Shown: positions 1 through 9,041 of the stretch, piece by piece
Layout of the letters: each line of letters opens with the position of its first letter
How positions within the stretch are numbered: position 1 is the stretch's first letter
DNA from: a virus
Virus record (IMG/VR): IMGVR_UViG_2799112910_000003
Location: 1-40,532 of that record
Length of the DNA: 40,532 nucleotides
Direction: 5' to 3' (one strand)
Notes under the pieces: generated by a model
What the model was told of the DNA's origin: nothing
Databases searched by the model: none
What the model saw: only the letters and a program-made list of their open reading frames with translations
Made by a program: the position numbers and the translations under genes

Positions 1-80
1 ATCTAATTTTAAAACTCTAAATCCTACATCAAGATCAGTTTTACCAGTTTCTTCGATTATCTTTTTACCAGCTCTTCTAA
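1..80. repeat. 80-nt sequence identical to 40453-40532 and to 36284-36363
   Basis: Direct comparison of ATCTAATTTTAAAACTC...CAGCTCTTCTAA at the three sites. Confidence 0.95.
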
Positions 81-1434
81 TTCTTTCTTTTCCAATTTCG
101 CAAATATTTTTGTATCCTTCTTTGAACGCTATACTTTTTTTATCACAAGCTTCCGGTAATTGCACCATTATGAACTTACGATTACCACCATCTTCTTTAT
201 TTAGTTCCATTACGGCATGAGCTGTTGTAGCACTACCACTAAAATAATCAAGAACTATTGAATCATCATCAGCAGCCATATCTAATAGAAATTTAATAAG
301 TTCCATAGGCTTTGAATAATCAAAATATTCTCCTATATTTAAATCTTTTAGTGCTTTAGCACCTAATCTGTTAGGATACATATCTAACCAAGTTTTATGC
401 GATTCATATTTTGATTGATCCTCTTCTGGATTATAATATACTTTTCGATATAATGTACCATTTTTGTATTCCAATGATTCGTTATCTCTTTCAAATTTTT
501 CACGACTCCATAACCATCTTCCATCTTCCGATTTAACTTTTCTAGGTAGTATTTCCATACTATTTAAGTCGGATAATAAAGATAATTTTTTGGATTGTTC
601 ATTATAATATATTGGATAATATAAATTAGGTCTTGCCCTTCTAGTACCATTTTCTCCAGAATTTTGAAAAGCCTTTAAAGTATATTTACCTTTTTTATCT
701 TCATATTCATATTTAATTTCACCAGTAATTTTTTTATTGATACGAACTTTGTTTAAATTCTTACAATATACAATTACATAGTCATTCAAATTTTGTAATT
801 CGTAAGCTGCTAAAACCCTTATATGCTCTGTAGTTTTTCTTGGACAAAGTGCGACAAAATTCTCTTCCCCAAAAATCTCATCACAAAATTTTCTAAGATT
901 ATGTACCTCATGATCATCAATAGAAATAAAAATAACCCCGTCATCAGTGAGCAAATCTCTAGCAAGTTTTAATCTAGGATACATCATATTAAGCCATTCT
1001 GAATGTGTGAATTTGTCCTTATATAATCGATTTTTCCCAGTATTATAAGGAGGGTCAATATAAATCAGCTTAATTTTATTCAAATAATCTCTACGAAGTA
1101 TTTTCAATACATCAAGATTATCACCCTCGATATAAAGGTTCTGAGTAGTTTCCCAATTAACACTTTCTTCTTTACATGGTACTAATATCTTATTGGTTGG
1201 TTGATTTGCTAGAAGTATTGATTCTTTTTTCCCAGGCCAAGTAAGTTCGTACTTTTCTTGATTTTCACCAATAATATCATCAGAGAGTTCTTGTTTTAAA
1301 GTCTCAAAATCGATTTTAAGAGTTATCTTATCATTTTTATCTTTAGCTTCTATTACACAGTTTGGAAACAACTCTTTTATTTTTAAAATATTTTCAGAGA
1401 CAATATTAGAAGTAATAGTTTTTATCTTATTCAA
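1..1434 (-). CDS. mod: Type III Mod-like adenine DNA methyltransferase, copy 1 (continues across the contig junction to a stop at 40435-40437)
   Basis: Manual translation of the minus strand; absent from the ORF track because it is cut by the edge. Likely TTG start at 1434 after AAGAGGTG. Motifs NLYIEGDNL, IYIDPPYNTG, DYFSGSATTAHAV, RKFIMVQLPE, GFRVLKLD. 484 codons on the circle. Confidence 0.9.
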   Translation of the reverse strand, partial: MNKIKTITSNIVSENILKIKELFPNCVIEAKDKNDKITLKIDFETLKQELSDDIIGENQEKYELTWPGKKESILLANQPTNKILVPCKEESVNWETTQNLYIEGDNLDVLKILRRDYLNKIKLIYIDPPYNTGKNRLYKDKFTHSEWLNMMYPRLKLARDLLTDDGVIFISIDDHEVHNLRKFCDEIFGEENFVALCPRKTTEHIRVLAAYELQNLNDYVIVYCKNLNKVRINKKITGEIKYEYEDKKGKYTLKAFQNSGENGTRRARPNLYYPIYYNEQSKKLSLLSDLNSMEILPRKVKSEDGRWLWSREKFERDNESLEYKNGTLYRKVYYNPEEDQSKYESHKTWLDMYPNRLGAKALKDLNIGEYFDYSKPMELIKFLLDMAADDDSIVLDYFSGSATTAHAVMELNKEDGGNRKFIMVQLPEACDKKSIAFKEGYKNICEIGKERIRRAGKKIIEETGKTDLDVGFRVLKLD

Positions 1435-1510
1435 TTTTTGGCACCTCTTTTTTGCAAAAATTGCATAATTTATTTTGTAATTTTTGGTAATAAACACAAA
1501 AGAACTCATA

Positions 1511-1680
1511 AAAAAATCTACCGTGTCGCAAACACGGTATTTGATTTTATTAATAATATTTTTGCTCATAAAAAAATAACCGCTCCTACATCAAAAGTTT
1601 ACGGTTATTAATGCAAATCTTTTAGGGTCAGCCACTTTGGGCCCTTGCTACTATTATAACATTTTACACTAATTTGTCAA
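1511..1680 (-). ncRNA. Orphan antitoxin-like sRNA unit (1571-1680) plus a partial hairpin unit (1511-1540)
   Basis: Minus-strand TTGACA..TATAAT (1680-1653). Hairpins TAACCG..CGGTTA and CTACCGTG-tcgcaaa-CACGGTA, each followed by a U-tract. No intact toxin ORF with an RBS. Confidence 0.6.
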
Positions 1681-1768
1681 TAGTTTATTATTGGATTAGC
1701 GTGTCTTGCACTGTGGGTTCATCTTACTTTCAATTGCCCTCCGTTTGAGGAGAAAGTCTGGTGATAAA

Positions 1769-1885
1769 ATGCTCGGTTGGTTTTGGTTTTTATTCACAGT
1801 ATTCAAATTTGTTTACTTTGAATTTATCAAAAACAAAAAAAACAATCGACGCCCACGAAGGAAGCGTGGACGTCGTTACAGATAA
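1769..1885 (+). CDS. Type I TA toxin-like peptide, 38 aa (MLGWFWFLFTVFKFVYFEFIKNKKNNRRPRRKRGRRYR); module 1697-1955
   Basis: Hydrophobic N-half and basic tail. Leader TAGCGTG..GGGTTCAT is complementary to the 3' ATGAACCC..CACGCTA. Antisense promoter at 1955-1928. Confidence 0.7.
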   Translation: MLGWFWFLFTVFKFVYFEFIKNKKNNRRPRRKRGRRYR

Positions 1886-1938
1886 ATACTTCATATAACG
1901 ATGAACCCGCAAGCGAGTCACGCTACTATTATACCATT

Positions 1939-2832
1939 TCACACTAATTTGTCAATCCCAGACAAAAATTTTCTTGCAATTATAGCAGCTATTGCACCAT
2001 CACTTGCTGCAGTTACTAGCTGTTTAATTGGTGACGATTTGCAATCACCAGCAACATACACACCAGGTATTCCAGTAACAATGCTAAACCCGTTGTTATC
2101 ACTTTTTAACTGTGGGAATAAGGAATTATCAAATGTATATCCAATCTTTAAAAATACTCTCGCACAGTTTAGTGTGCTTGCTTTACCATTTTCTAATATT
2201 TCAATTTTTTTAACGTCTTCATGTATAGACAAAAGTTTCGTATTATAGTGTATAAAACAATTTTTAATAGTGGATATGTCTTTTACTAGTTTTAAATCAG
2301 CACGTGCTTGATTCGATCTAATTAATAAATGTACCTTTTTTGCAATATCCTTCATATATTTTGCACATTCAAAAGCGCTGTTGCCACCACCTACAATAGC
2401 AATATTTTCGCCCTTAAAGAAATGCCCATCACAAAGTTCACAATATGTAAAATTCTCATTTTCAAATCCTTCAAGTGTTCGTGGTTGGGATCCAATAGCA
2501 ATAATCACAGATTTAGCAAAATAAATACCTTTATCTGTATAAATTTTTTTAATTTTACCATCAAGCTGTGCCTTAATTACTTCAGCATACTTAGTAATCC
2601 CGAATTTAGAAACTTGTGAATAAATTTTTTGGCTTAGTTCTTTTCCTTTGATACTTGAAAAACCAGCATAGTTTTCAACTGTTGGAATATAATTGAGTTT
2701 CCCACCAAACAATTCACGCTCAAAAACTAAAACTTTAGTGCATGAATAAGCAAGATATAAACCAGCTGTTAATCCGGCAATCCCACCACCAATGACTATA
2801 CAATCAAAAATTTCTTGTTTTGTTTCAATCAT
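1939..2832 (-). CDS. trxB: Thioredoxin reductase
   Basis: GGGIAG FAD motif, YCELCDG redox CxxC, GGGNSA NADPH motif, VAGD. Confidence 0.9.
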   Translation of the reverse strand: MIETKQEIFDCIVIGGGIAGLTAGLYLAYSCTKVLVFERELFGGKLNYIPTVENYAGFSSIKGKELSQKIYSQVSKFGITKYAEVIKAQLDGKIKKIYTDKGIYFAKSVIIAIGSQPRTLEGFENENFTYCELCDGHFFKGENIAIVGGGNSAFECAKYMKDIAKKVHLLIRSNQARADLKLVKDISTIKNCFIHYNTKLLSIHEDVKKIEILENGKASTLNCARVFLKIGYTFDNSLFPQLKSDNNGFSIVTGIPGVYVAGDCKSSPIKQLVTAASDGAIAAIIARKFLSGIDKLV

Positions 2833-4139
2833 ATAATATTCATCCTTCCCAATTTAGGACTAATGTTCAATTTAGAATTAAGAATACTAGCATGTGGAAT
2901 AAAAGCATATTCCATAGCATCTATCATATCTATATTGACCGATCCATCATCTAGCCTAGTATCTATTGCGCTTGAATCCCAAACTGCATTTCTTAGTGAT
3001 TCAATTGTATTTGTACATGTATTCATTATTTTAAATCTTTGAAAACTCATAAGTCTACTCAATAACTGAATACGATCAATAATTTTGATTTTTTTACAAT
3101 CCGACACTTGAAACTGTCCAACATATCTATAAAGGTAGTATCTAAGTCCCTTTGTTAAGACCTGCCCAAGGCCACCCCAATCAGCTAAAATATTGTTTAT
3201 ATTTCCAAATTTAGAAAATACTTTTCTCACAAATTGTGCAATATATTTATACAATTGTTCTGGTGATTGGACACCTTCTATTTGCATTTCATCTAAAACA
3301 CAAATAGATTCAAATTTGTTGCAAAATCCAACAGCTACAAGCGCAGTATTTGATTTGCTCGCGCCATAATCAATACCAATATTTATACTATCTAATTGTG
3401 AATTTTTTATATCACTAATGATATATTTTTCGGGTTCATTTGCAAACTGATCATATATAATGCCATCAGCTTGTACCCAGCGCCCTAGCACAAATCTTTC
3501 ATAAAAAACACCAGTATACTCTTTTTTTATATCATTTCGTATTTGAGTTTCTATAGTGGTGTTATCATCGAGTAAAAATTTCCATGTTTTTAAACTTATT
3601 TCAGATTGTCGAGTTAAAAACTTTTGATAGAACCAATGCATAGGTGAATCAGGGTTTGTGGTTCCAAGTAATTTCGAACCAGTTTGTGATAGACGAGATA
3701 ACAGCATTGTGAAAAAGTCTTCAGGATATAGTGTTATTTCATCACAATAAGCTGCTTGTAAAGTCATACCACGTATTTTATGTTCAGATCGTGAGTCATT
3801 AACGCCCTCTAAAAATATTTTATGGTCAAAAATACTCGCTTCTTTTTTAATTAGCGAGTATTTAAAAAATTTGGGTGGTACAATCGAATCTAGAATTGAC
3901 AAACAATTTCGTTTTAAAGATGTCAATGTTTTTCCGACCATCAAATAATTATTCTCATTTGGCATTTGGGCAAGTAAAATAAGCCAAGCGATTAAACTCA
4001 CATAGGTTTTCCCCGACCTTACAGATCCCTCTAATATATTGATCCTTTTAGTATTTCCAATAATAACATCTCGAACAAATGATTTTTGCTTTTCAGTAAA
4101 TCCATCAAACATCTTCTTTAATTTCCTTAATAGCATCAA
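2829..4139 (-). CDS. terL: Terminase large subunit (PBSX-like)
   Basis: EGSVRSGKT Walker A, AYCDEITL Walker B, TTNPDSP, nuclease IGIDYG and DMIDAMEY. Confidence 0.92.
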   Translation of the reverse strand: MMLLRKLKKMFDGFTEKQKSFVRDVIIGNTKRINILEGSVRSGKTYVSLIAWLILLAQMPNENNYLMVGKTLTSLKRNCLSILDSIVPPKFFKYSLIKKEASIFDHKIFLEGVNDSRSEHKIRGMTLQAAYCDEITLYPEDFFTMLLSRLSQTGSKLLGTTNPDSPMHWFYQKFLTRQSEISLKTWKFLLDDNTTIETQIRNDIKKEYTGVFYERFVLGRWVQADGIIYDQFANEPEKYIISDIKNSQLDSINIGIDYGASKSNTALVAVGFCNKFESICVLDEMQIEGVQSPEQLYKYIAQFVRKVFSKFGNINNILADWGGLGQVLTKGLRYYLYRYVGQFQVSDCKKIKIIDRIQLLSRLMSFQRFKIMNTCTNTIESLRNAVWDSSAIDTRLDDGSVNIDMIDAMEYAFIPHASILNSKLNISPKLGRMNII

Positions 4140-4434
4140 TTAATTTCCCAAACACTTTATCAGCTTTTGATGTTTGTGAACTAATTGAGCCATTTTGAAC
4201 GTTAATTAAGAATTCCAAAATTTCATGGTCGCCTTTTGCAATACCTTTTAAAAATACAGAAACAATTAAAGCAAATATCAAAGTATTTTTATACGAAACA
4301 TTTGGCATATCTAATAAGGAAATAGTTTTTTTAATATCTTCCAACTGTGGCGGGATGGGAGCCAACATAATGTTATCTATCATTTCAGATATATATATTT
4401 TTTGTTTTTCAAATTTACTATTCAAAATAATCAC
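4105..4434 (-). CDS. Probable terminase small subunit
   Basis: Directly upstream of and overlapping terL; helical C-terminus. No diagnostic motif. Confidence 0.4.
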   Translation of the reverse strand: MIILNSKFEKQKIYISEMIDNIMLAPIPPQLEDIKKTISLLDMPNVSYKNTLIFALIVSVFLKGIAKGDHEILEFLINVQNGSISSQTSKADKVFGKLIDAIKEIKEDV

Positions 4435-4817
4435 CTACATTTTATATAACTTTCTATTATATCTATGGCATTTTGTGCGCCAAAAGCAACTGTTGCATAA
4501 TAACCATTTTGGTTTGCATAATTTATAAATTCATTTTGAAGTTTAGTTGGTTTGTTTTTCCCTACCTTAAGTTCAATAAAAAGCCCATGATAACCACCTC
4601 TCGGCAGAGGCAAAAATATATCTGATACCCCAGCTTTCACACCTTGAAGTTTTAAATTATAAGCTTCTTTCGGATTTCTGAACCCACCATTTGGAATTGC
4701 GAACATCCATTTGAGTAAAGGATGAAAATTTGCGAATTCAAAAATAATTTTTTGATGTTGTGATTCAAATTGGCGTTTCATTTGTGTCAAACCTTTTTTT
4801 CGTATTAGCAACTTCAA
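4431..4817 (-). CDS. VRR-NUC domain nuclease
   Basis: FAIPNGG..GVKAGVSDIFL..FIELKVGKNKPTKLQ. Confidence 0.88.
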   Translation of the reverse strand: MKLLIRKKGLTQMKRQFESQHQKIIFEFANFHPLLKWMFAIPNGGFRNPKEAYNLKLQGVKAGVSDIFLPLPRGGYHGLFIELKVGKNKPTKLQNEFINYANQNGYYATVAFGAQNAIDIIESYIKCR

Positions 4818-5175
4818 TTATTCTATCAGCAACTTTTAACAATTTTTGTTTCAAGCGCCCAAAACAAAACACATTGCATTGCTTGTTAGTAGTTAAGTTT
4901 TTCAAAACATTGATTGCCTCAATTGGCAAAAAATGTGCTTCATCAATAATAACAAAAGAATCATAAGGAATAAAATGCAAATGCTCATCCCCAAGTAACT
5001 CAGGTGATACCGGGTATTGATCCCCATTATGAGATACAATATTTGGTGCCCAAACAACATCAGGCAAATAAACATATATATTTTTGCCTTGAGATTTTAA
5101 CTCATAAGCTTTGTTAATTGCTGTGGTAGTCTTACCAGAAAATATTTTACCATAATAGAATAAAAAATTATTCAT
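4765..5175 (-). CDS. tdk: Thymidine kinase-like protein, C-terminally truncated
   Basis: YYGKIFSGKTT P-loop and IIDEAHFL; the C-terminal Cys/zinc region is missing. Start placed at the ATG after GAGG. Confidence 0.7.
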   Translation of the reverse strand: MNNFLFYYGKIFSGKTTTAINKAYELKSQGKNIYVYLPDVVWAPNIVSHNGDQYPVSPELLGDEHLHFIPYDSFVIIDEAHFLPIEAINVLKNLTTNKQCNVFCFGRLKQKLLKVADRIIEVANTKKRFDTNETPI

Positions 5176-5212
5176 TTGTTGCCTCAAAAATAATATTTTT
5201 TATATAAAGTTG

Positions 5213-5241
5213 TTGACAATTACAAAAAAGTGACATATAAT
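5213..5241 (+). promoter_or_regulatory. Sigma70/SigA consensus promoter
   Basis: TTGACA-17 nt-TATAAT. Confidence 0.75.
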
Positions 5242-5270
5242 GTATAAATATGTTTTTTGAAAGGAGCATT

Positions 5271-5606
5271 ATGGATAGTCGTACAATTAATGAACAAATT
5301 GATAGTGCTCGCAAAACATATATAGATATGCGTGTTTGTATGCAAAAAGTAATTAATGGGTTACCAGATAGCCCCCATAAATCTTTTAAATACGCACATT
5401 ACCAGAACTTAGTTTATAAAAAAGTATTTGGGCTAAATGCTGGTGCACTTAGAACAAAAAAAAACGTACCAAAAACTAATAGTGTATATGAACAATTCAC
5501 AGTTAGTGAACTTTATGAGTGTGCTTCTGTAATATGCACTATATGTAGTGGTTTAACTGATGGTAAAGCATATGTAGATATCAAAGAAAAAATAATGGAG
5601 GGTTAA
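5271..5606 (+). CDS. Hypothetical protein (weak resemblance to C-terminal domains of phage antirepressor/Rha-like proteins)
   Basis: AAGGAG RBS and a consensus promoter; family resemblance is by eye only. Confidence 0.5.
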   Translation: MDSRTINEQIDSARKTYIDMRVCMQKVINGLPDSPHKSFKYAHYQNLVYKKVFGLNAGALRTKKNVPKTNSVYEQFTVSELYECASVICTICSGLTDGKAYVDIKEKIMEG

Positions 5607-5607
5607 A

Positions 5608-5973
5608 ATGAAAAATGTGAAATACATTATTGGTAATATTAAGCGGTTACTGAGGCTTGTAAATAAGCCAGAAGATGACTCAAAATCAATTCTTAAAATA
5701 TATAAATTAATTATAAATTGGTACAACGAACATGCGTATCTTATGGATGACTTTGTAAGTACTGAGTCAATAGAATGTGCCGTGCTCGTTTCAAGTGTTA
5801 TAATCTATGAAGATTTTCCAATACAATATTTTGATAACTTATTAGATAATGAGTCTAAAAAGGTATGTAGGTATATTTGTGAATACCTGAATTGTAATGA
5901 AATACATAAATCTTCATTTTTTAAGCCTTTTAAAATGGCAAATCATCGTCATCAAAGCTTTGTTGGATATTAG
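5608..5973 (+). CDS. Hypothetical protein
   Basis: 121-aa ORF coupled to the upstream gene, GGAGG RBS. Confidence 0.55.
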   Translation: MKNVKYIIGNIKRLLRLVNKPEDDSKSILKIYKLIINWYNEHAYLMDDFVSTESIECAVLVSSVIIYEDFPIQYFDNLLDNESKKVCRYICEYLNCNEIHKSSFFKPFKMANHRHQSFVGY

Positions 5974-6325
5974 AATCACTGCCAACTTTGTTTGTGCGCC
6001 CTGTATCTGTTGATGCTGTTGAAATATCGTGAATGTGGGACGCAACTAGTTGAAGTGTATTGTATTTTACGTTGTCTTTTGTAAATGAACTTGTTGTGAT
6101 GTAGCCCTCTGCAATTATAGAGGAGCCAGGTTTGAATTTTTCGAAAGCGGAAGTTGCATTTTTTCCAAAAGCGGTAATATACATATAATCTTTTAAGTAT
6201 TTACCGTTTTTAGACTTGTAATCGCGTGCTGATTCGACAGGTATTCTGACATATTTAATATCATTACTGTCTTTGATTTCAAATGGTTTTGTAACTATAC
6301 AGTTAATTATAAATTTATTTAGCAT
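5930..6325 (-). CDS. ssb: Single-stranded DNA-binding protein
   Basis: OB-fold pattern (ITAFGKNA..KPGSSIIAEGYITT) and acidic tail DDDDLPF. Confidence 0.88.
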   Translation of the reverse strand: MLNKFIINCIVTKPFEIKDSNDIKYVRIPVESARDYKSKNGKYLKDYMYITAFGKNATSAFEKFKPGSSIIAEGYITTSSFTKDNVKYNTLQLVASHIHDISTASTDTGRTNKVGSDSNIQQSFDDDDLPF

Positions 6326-6905
6326 TTTTATTAAACTCCTCAATTAATTTATCAAATTTAGTGGTTTGTTTCTCTGGCTCGTTTTTGTTTTCTGAAACTA
6401 CTTTAAACTGTCGTTTCAAAGCTAAAATTTTCTTTTGATCTCTGCGTGAATACTGTTTGATATCTGTATGGCCCATATTTCTAAGATCAATAACATTTCT
6501 GAATGCAGTGTTAGCTAAGTCATTAAATAGAGCAATAAATTCAAAAAAATGAAGATTAGCGTTGTTGAGATTAATACCGTATCGTAGCCTAAAAGCGCTA
6601 TATATCATATATTGATCCTGGTCAAATGAAAATAAAGTCTTGTATTCGCGAGTTTCATGAGAAACAATTGGTGCTTTTGTGCTAGGAACACCAGCAGATA
6701 AAAACCAGTTTAATCCATTTATTGCTTCTTCTATGGGTGGTATACCTTTCCCAAACAATAGACGGGATGCGGTGTATAATTGTTCGCGGTTGTCTATGAA
6801 AGATTTATCAGATAAACACTGATCAATTAATATACCAGTTTGGAATCCAGGGTTTATTAAATATCCTTCATATTCACATGGCAATGCGTCAATTAAAATA
6901 TTCAT
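6315..6905 (-). CDS. Gp15-family tail assembly chaperone
   Basis: FSFDQDQYMIYSAFRLRYGINL..LHFFEFIALF, a pattern typical of A118 Gp15-like proteins. Confidence 0.75.
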   Translation of the reverse strand: MNILIDALPCEYEGYLINPGFQTGILIDQCLSDKSFIDNREQLYTASRLLFGKGIPPIEEAINGLNWFLSAGVPSTKAPIVSHETREYKTLFSFDQDQYMIYSAFRLRYGINLNNANLHFFEFIALFNDLANTAFRNVIDLRNMGHTDIKQYSRRDQKKILALKRQFKVVSENKNEPEKQTTKFDKLIEEFNKNAK

Positions 6906-7333
6906 AATTTAGCTCGTGTTTGTCTTTGATTCAAGCGATTAAAATATTTTAACGAATATTTGCCTTCAATATCTTTAATAAAATCGTCTTCATACTTTTT
7001 AGTATTAGATATTATTATTGCAGAAAGCTCAACTAAGAACTTAGAAAGTAATTGAATTGATGGGTGTTCTACGCCAAATATTTTTTGAATTATTTCTTTG
7101 CCAAATAAATCACAAATGCTATTTTCAACCCAAGAAGCCATCTGTTCAATACTATCCCAATTATTTTCTTCTGAATTCGAATTTACCAAAACCTGATATT
7201 TGCTCATGAATTCATCAAATACTTTAAGAATACTATTAACTTGTGATCTATCACGTAGATCAATATCAATAGTGTCACCTTGCTTATTAATTTGGATTTT
7301 GAGCACGTTAACATCAAATAATATCTTTTCCAT
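6902..7333 (-). CDS. Probable tail assembly chaperone
   Basis: Overlaps and precedes the Gp15-like gene; ICDLFGKEIIQKIFG pattern. Confidence 0.55.
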   Translation of the reverse strand: MEKILFDVNVLKIQINKQGDTIDIDLRDRSQVNSILKVFDEFMSKYQVLVNSNSEENNWDSIEQMASWVENSICDLFGKEIIQKIFGVEHPSIQLLSKFLVELSAIIISNTKKYEDDFIKDIEGKYSLKYFNRLNQRQTRAKL

Positions 7334-7347
7334 ATTGATACTCCAAA

Positions 7348-7824
7348 CTAAATATTATTCGTTAATTCACCAAATATAGTTTTTTGCAAAGCGCGCGTAT
7401 ATCTGTAAACATTTTGGACAGAACAACCAATTCTAGTACTTATTTCCTTAGCAGTAAGCCCATCAATAAAAGAAAGTGAAATAATAGTCTTATATAGGCA
7501 ATCAGGCATTTGAGAAATTGCGTTTTCAATTTTTGTACATTCTGATTTTAATTTATCAATCTTGTTATTGATAGAATCACGAACATCAAAAAGCTTTTGG
7601 CGTTTTTCAACGAAAGCGATTAAAGACTCATCAGATAATTTGGAAGTGTCTTTTGGAATATCACTTAGGTGATATCCTTTAATAATTTCATCCTCCATAT
7701 CATTAATGCGTGTATTAATAACCGCAAGCTCCAAAATATGTTCAGATATCTTGGATTTTAATTTGCTAACACTGATAAGTCCATTGCACCTAAAAAATTG
7801 TGTTTTAGTGTTAAGAACTGACAT
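7348..7824 (-). CDS. ArpU/RinA-like (sigma region 4 HTH) late transcriptional regulator
   Basis: Coiled-coil N-terminus, then YKTIISLSFIDGLTAKEISTRIGCSVQNVYR. Confidence 0.75.
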   Translation of the reverse strand: MSVLNTKTQFFRCNGLISVSKLKSKISEHILELAVINTRINDMEDEIIKGYHLSDIPKDTSKLSDESLIAFVEKRQKLFDVRDSINNKIDKLKSECTKIENAISQMPDCLYKTIISLSFIDGLTAKEISTRIGCSVQNVYRYTRALQKTIFGELTNNI

Positions 7825-7994
7825 TTTGTGAACCTCCTATGTATTCATATACATATAATACACAAAATAAAAAGTTTTAGAACAGAAAAAAAGTATTTTG
7901 TTCTAAAAAGTTGTTTTATTTTATATTCATTCTACATAAAAAACGTTAGATGACAAAAAAATTAAAAAAAAAATAAAAAAAATCTCAGAAAGTG

Positions 7995-8023
7995 TTGACA
8001 AAATAAAACAAAGAGTGTATAAT
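7995..8023 (+). promoter_or_regulatory. Consensus promoter for the replication operon
   Basis: TTGACA-17 nt-TATAAT. Confidence 0.75.
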
Positions 8024-8085
8024 AATAAACATAAAATGAGTAAAGGAGGTGCAAAAAATAAATTTGATGTTGTTGGAGGTTAAAT

Positions 8086-8481
8086 ATGGCGGTCAAAACT
8101 ATTATCATAATACAAGGGATGCATAACGCAATTAAAAATGTAGCGGGAAAAAATATGACAACAGTCTTAGGGGTGACAAGGAGGGTGATAATAGAATATA
8201 TAATGGATGAGCACACAAGGGAAGAGTGTAACAAAAAAATAGATCCATATACGCCACCGTTTTGGTATATTGATAATTTGGAAGACGTAAATGAAATTAA
8301 GAAATTAGGAAATGATTTTTTTAAACCGTCAAGGTTTGGGCTTAAATTAGATGACAAAATATCTAAGGAGTTGGATAAGTATGCAAAAGAAATTAATATG
8401 AAGGCGAATAACCTTATAGTATGTTTGTTGGATATAATGTTGTCAAAATCAAATAATATAAATTTTAATTTAAGAATTTAG
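8086..8481 (+). CDS. Hypothetical protein, possible small DNA-binding regulator
   Basis: GGAGG RBS; C-terminus has a ribbon-helix-helix-like pattern. Confidence 0.5.
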   Translation: MAVKTIIIIQGMHNAIKNVAGKNMTTVLGVTRRVIIEYIMDEHTREECNKKIDPYTPPFWYIDNLEDVNEIKKLGNDFFKPSRFGLKLDDKISKELDKYAKEINMKANNLIVCLLDIMLSKSNNINFNLRI

Positions 8482-8491
8482 GAGTGAAAAT

Positions 8492-9034
8492 ATGAATATT
8501 TATGGGAAAGTAGCGATAATAACAAACAAATTGCAGGAAGCAAATATAAAAAAATCGGGGAAAAACAAATATGCAGGATATAACTATTTTGAACTTGGTG
8601 ATATCGTACCACATATTAATAAATTAACTTTAGAATATCAGGTAATGATACAATTTACATTTACGAAAGATAGGGCACTTATGAGAATAATAAATATTGA
8701 AGAACCAAGTGAGGTATTAGAATATGAAAGTCCAATGGCAGAAATTGCATTAAAAGGTGCGCATGGCATACAAAACCTTGGTGCTTTGGAAACATACTCG
8801 AGGAGATATCTTTTGATGTCAGCATTTAACATAGTAGAACATGATTATTTTGATGCAGTGCAAGGGCGCGAAGAAACGGAAAAAAAGCAGTTAATAAGTG
8901 AGATACGTAAGATGTGTCGAGAACGTGCGGTAGACGACGAATCTAAGAAATCATTATTAGAAAGATTTCCAAGCCTTAAACGTATAGAGGAACTAGATAT
9001 ATTAACGCTTAAGAAATTAAAATCGAATATATGA
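8492..9034 (+). CDS. ERF-family single-strand annealing protein
   Basis: KSGKNKYAGYNYFELGDIVP..QNLGALETYSRRYL. Confidence 0.85.
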   Translation: MNIYGKVAIITNKLQEANIKKSGKNKYAGYNYFELGDIVPHINKLTLEYQVMIQFTFTKDRALMRIINIEEPSEVLEYESPMAEIALKGAHGIQNLGALETYSRRYLLMSAFNIVEHDYFDAVQGREETEKKQLISEIRKMCRERAVDDESKKSLLERFPSLKRIEELDILTLKKLKSNI

Positions 9035-9041
9035 AATTAAT

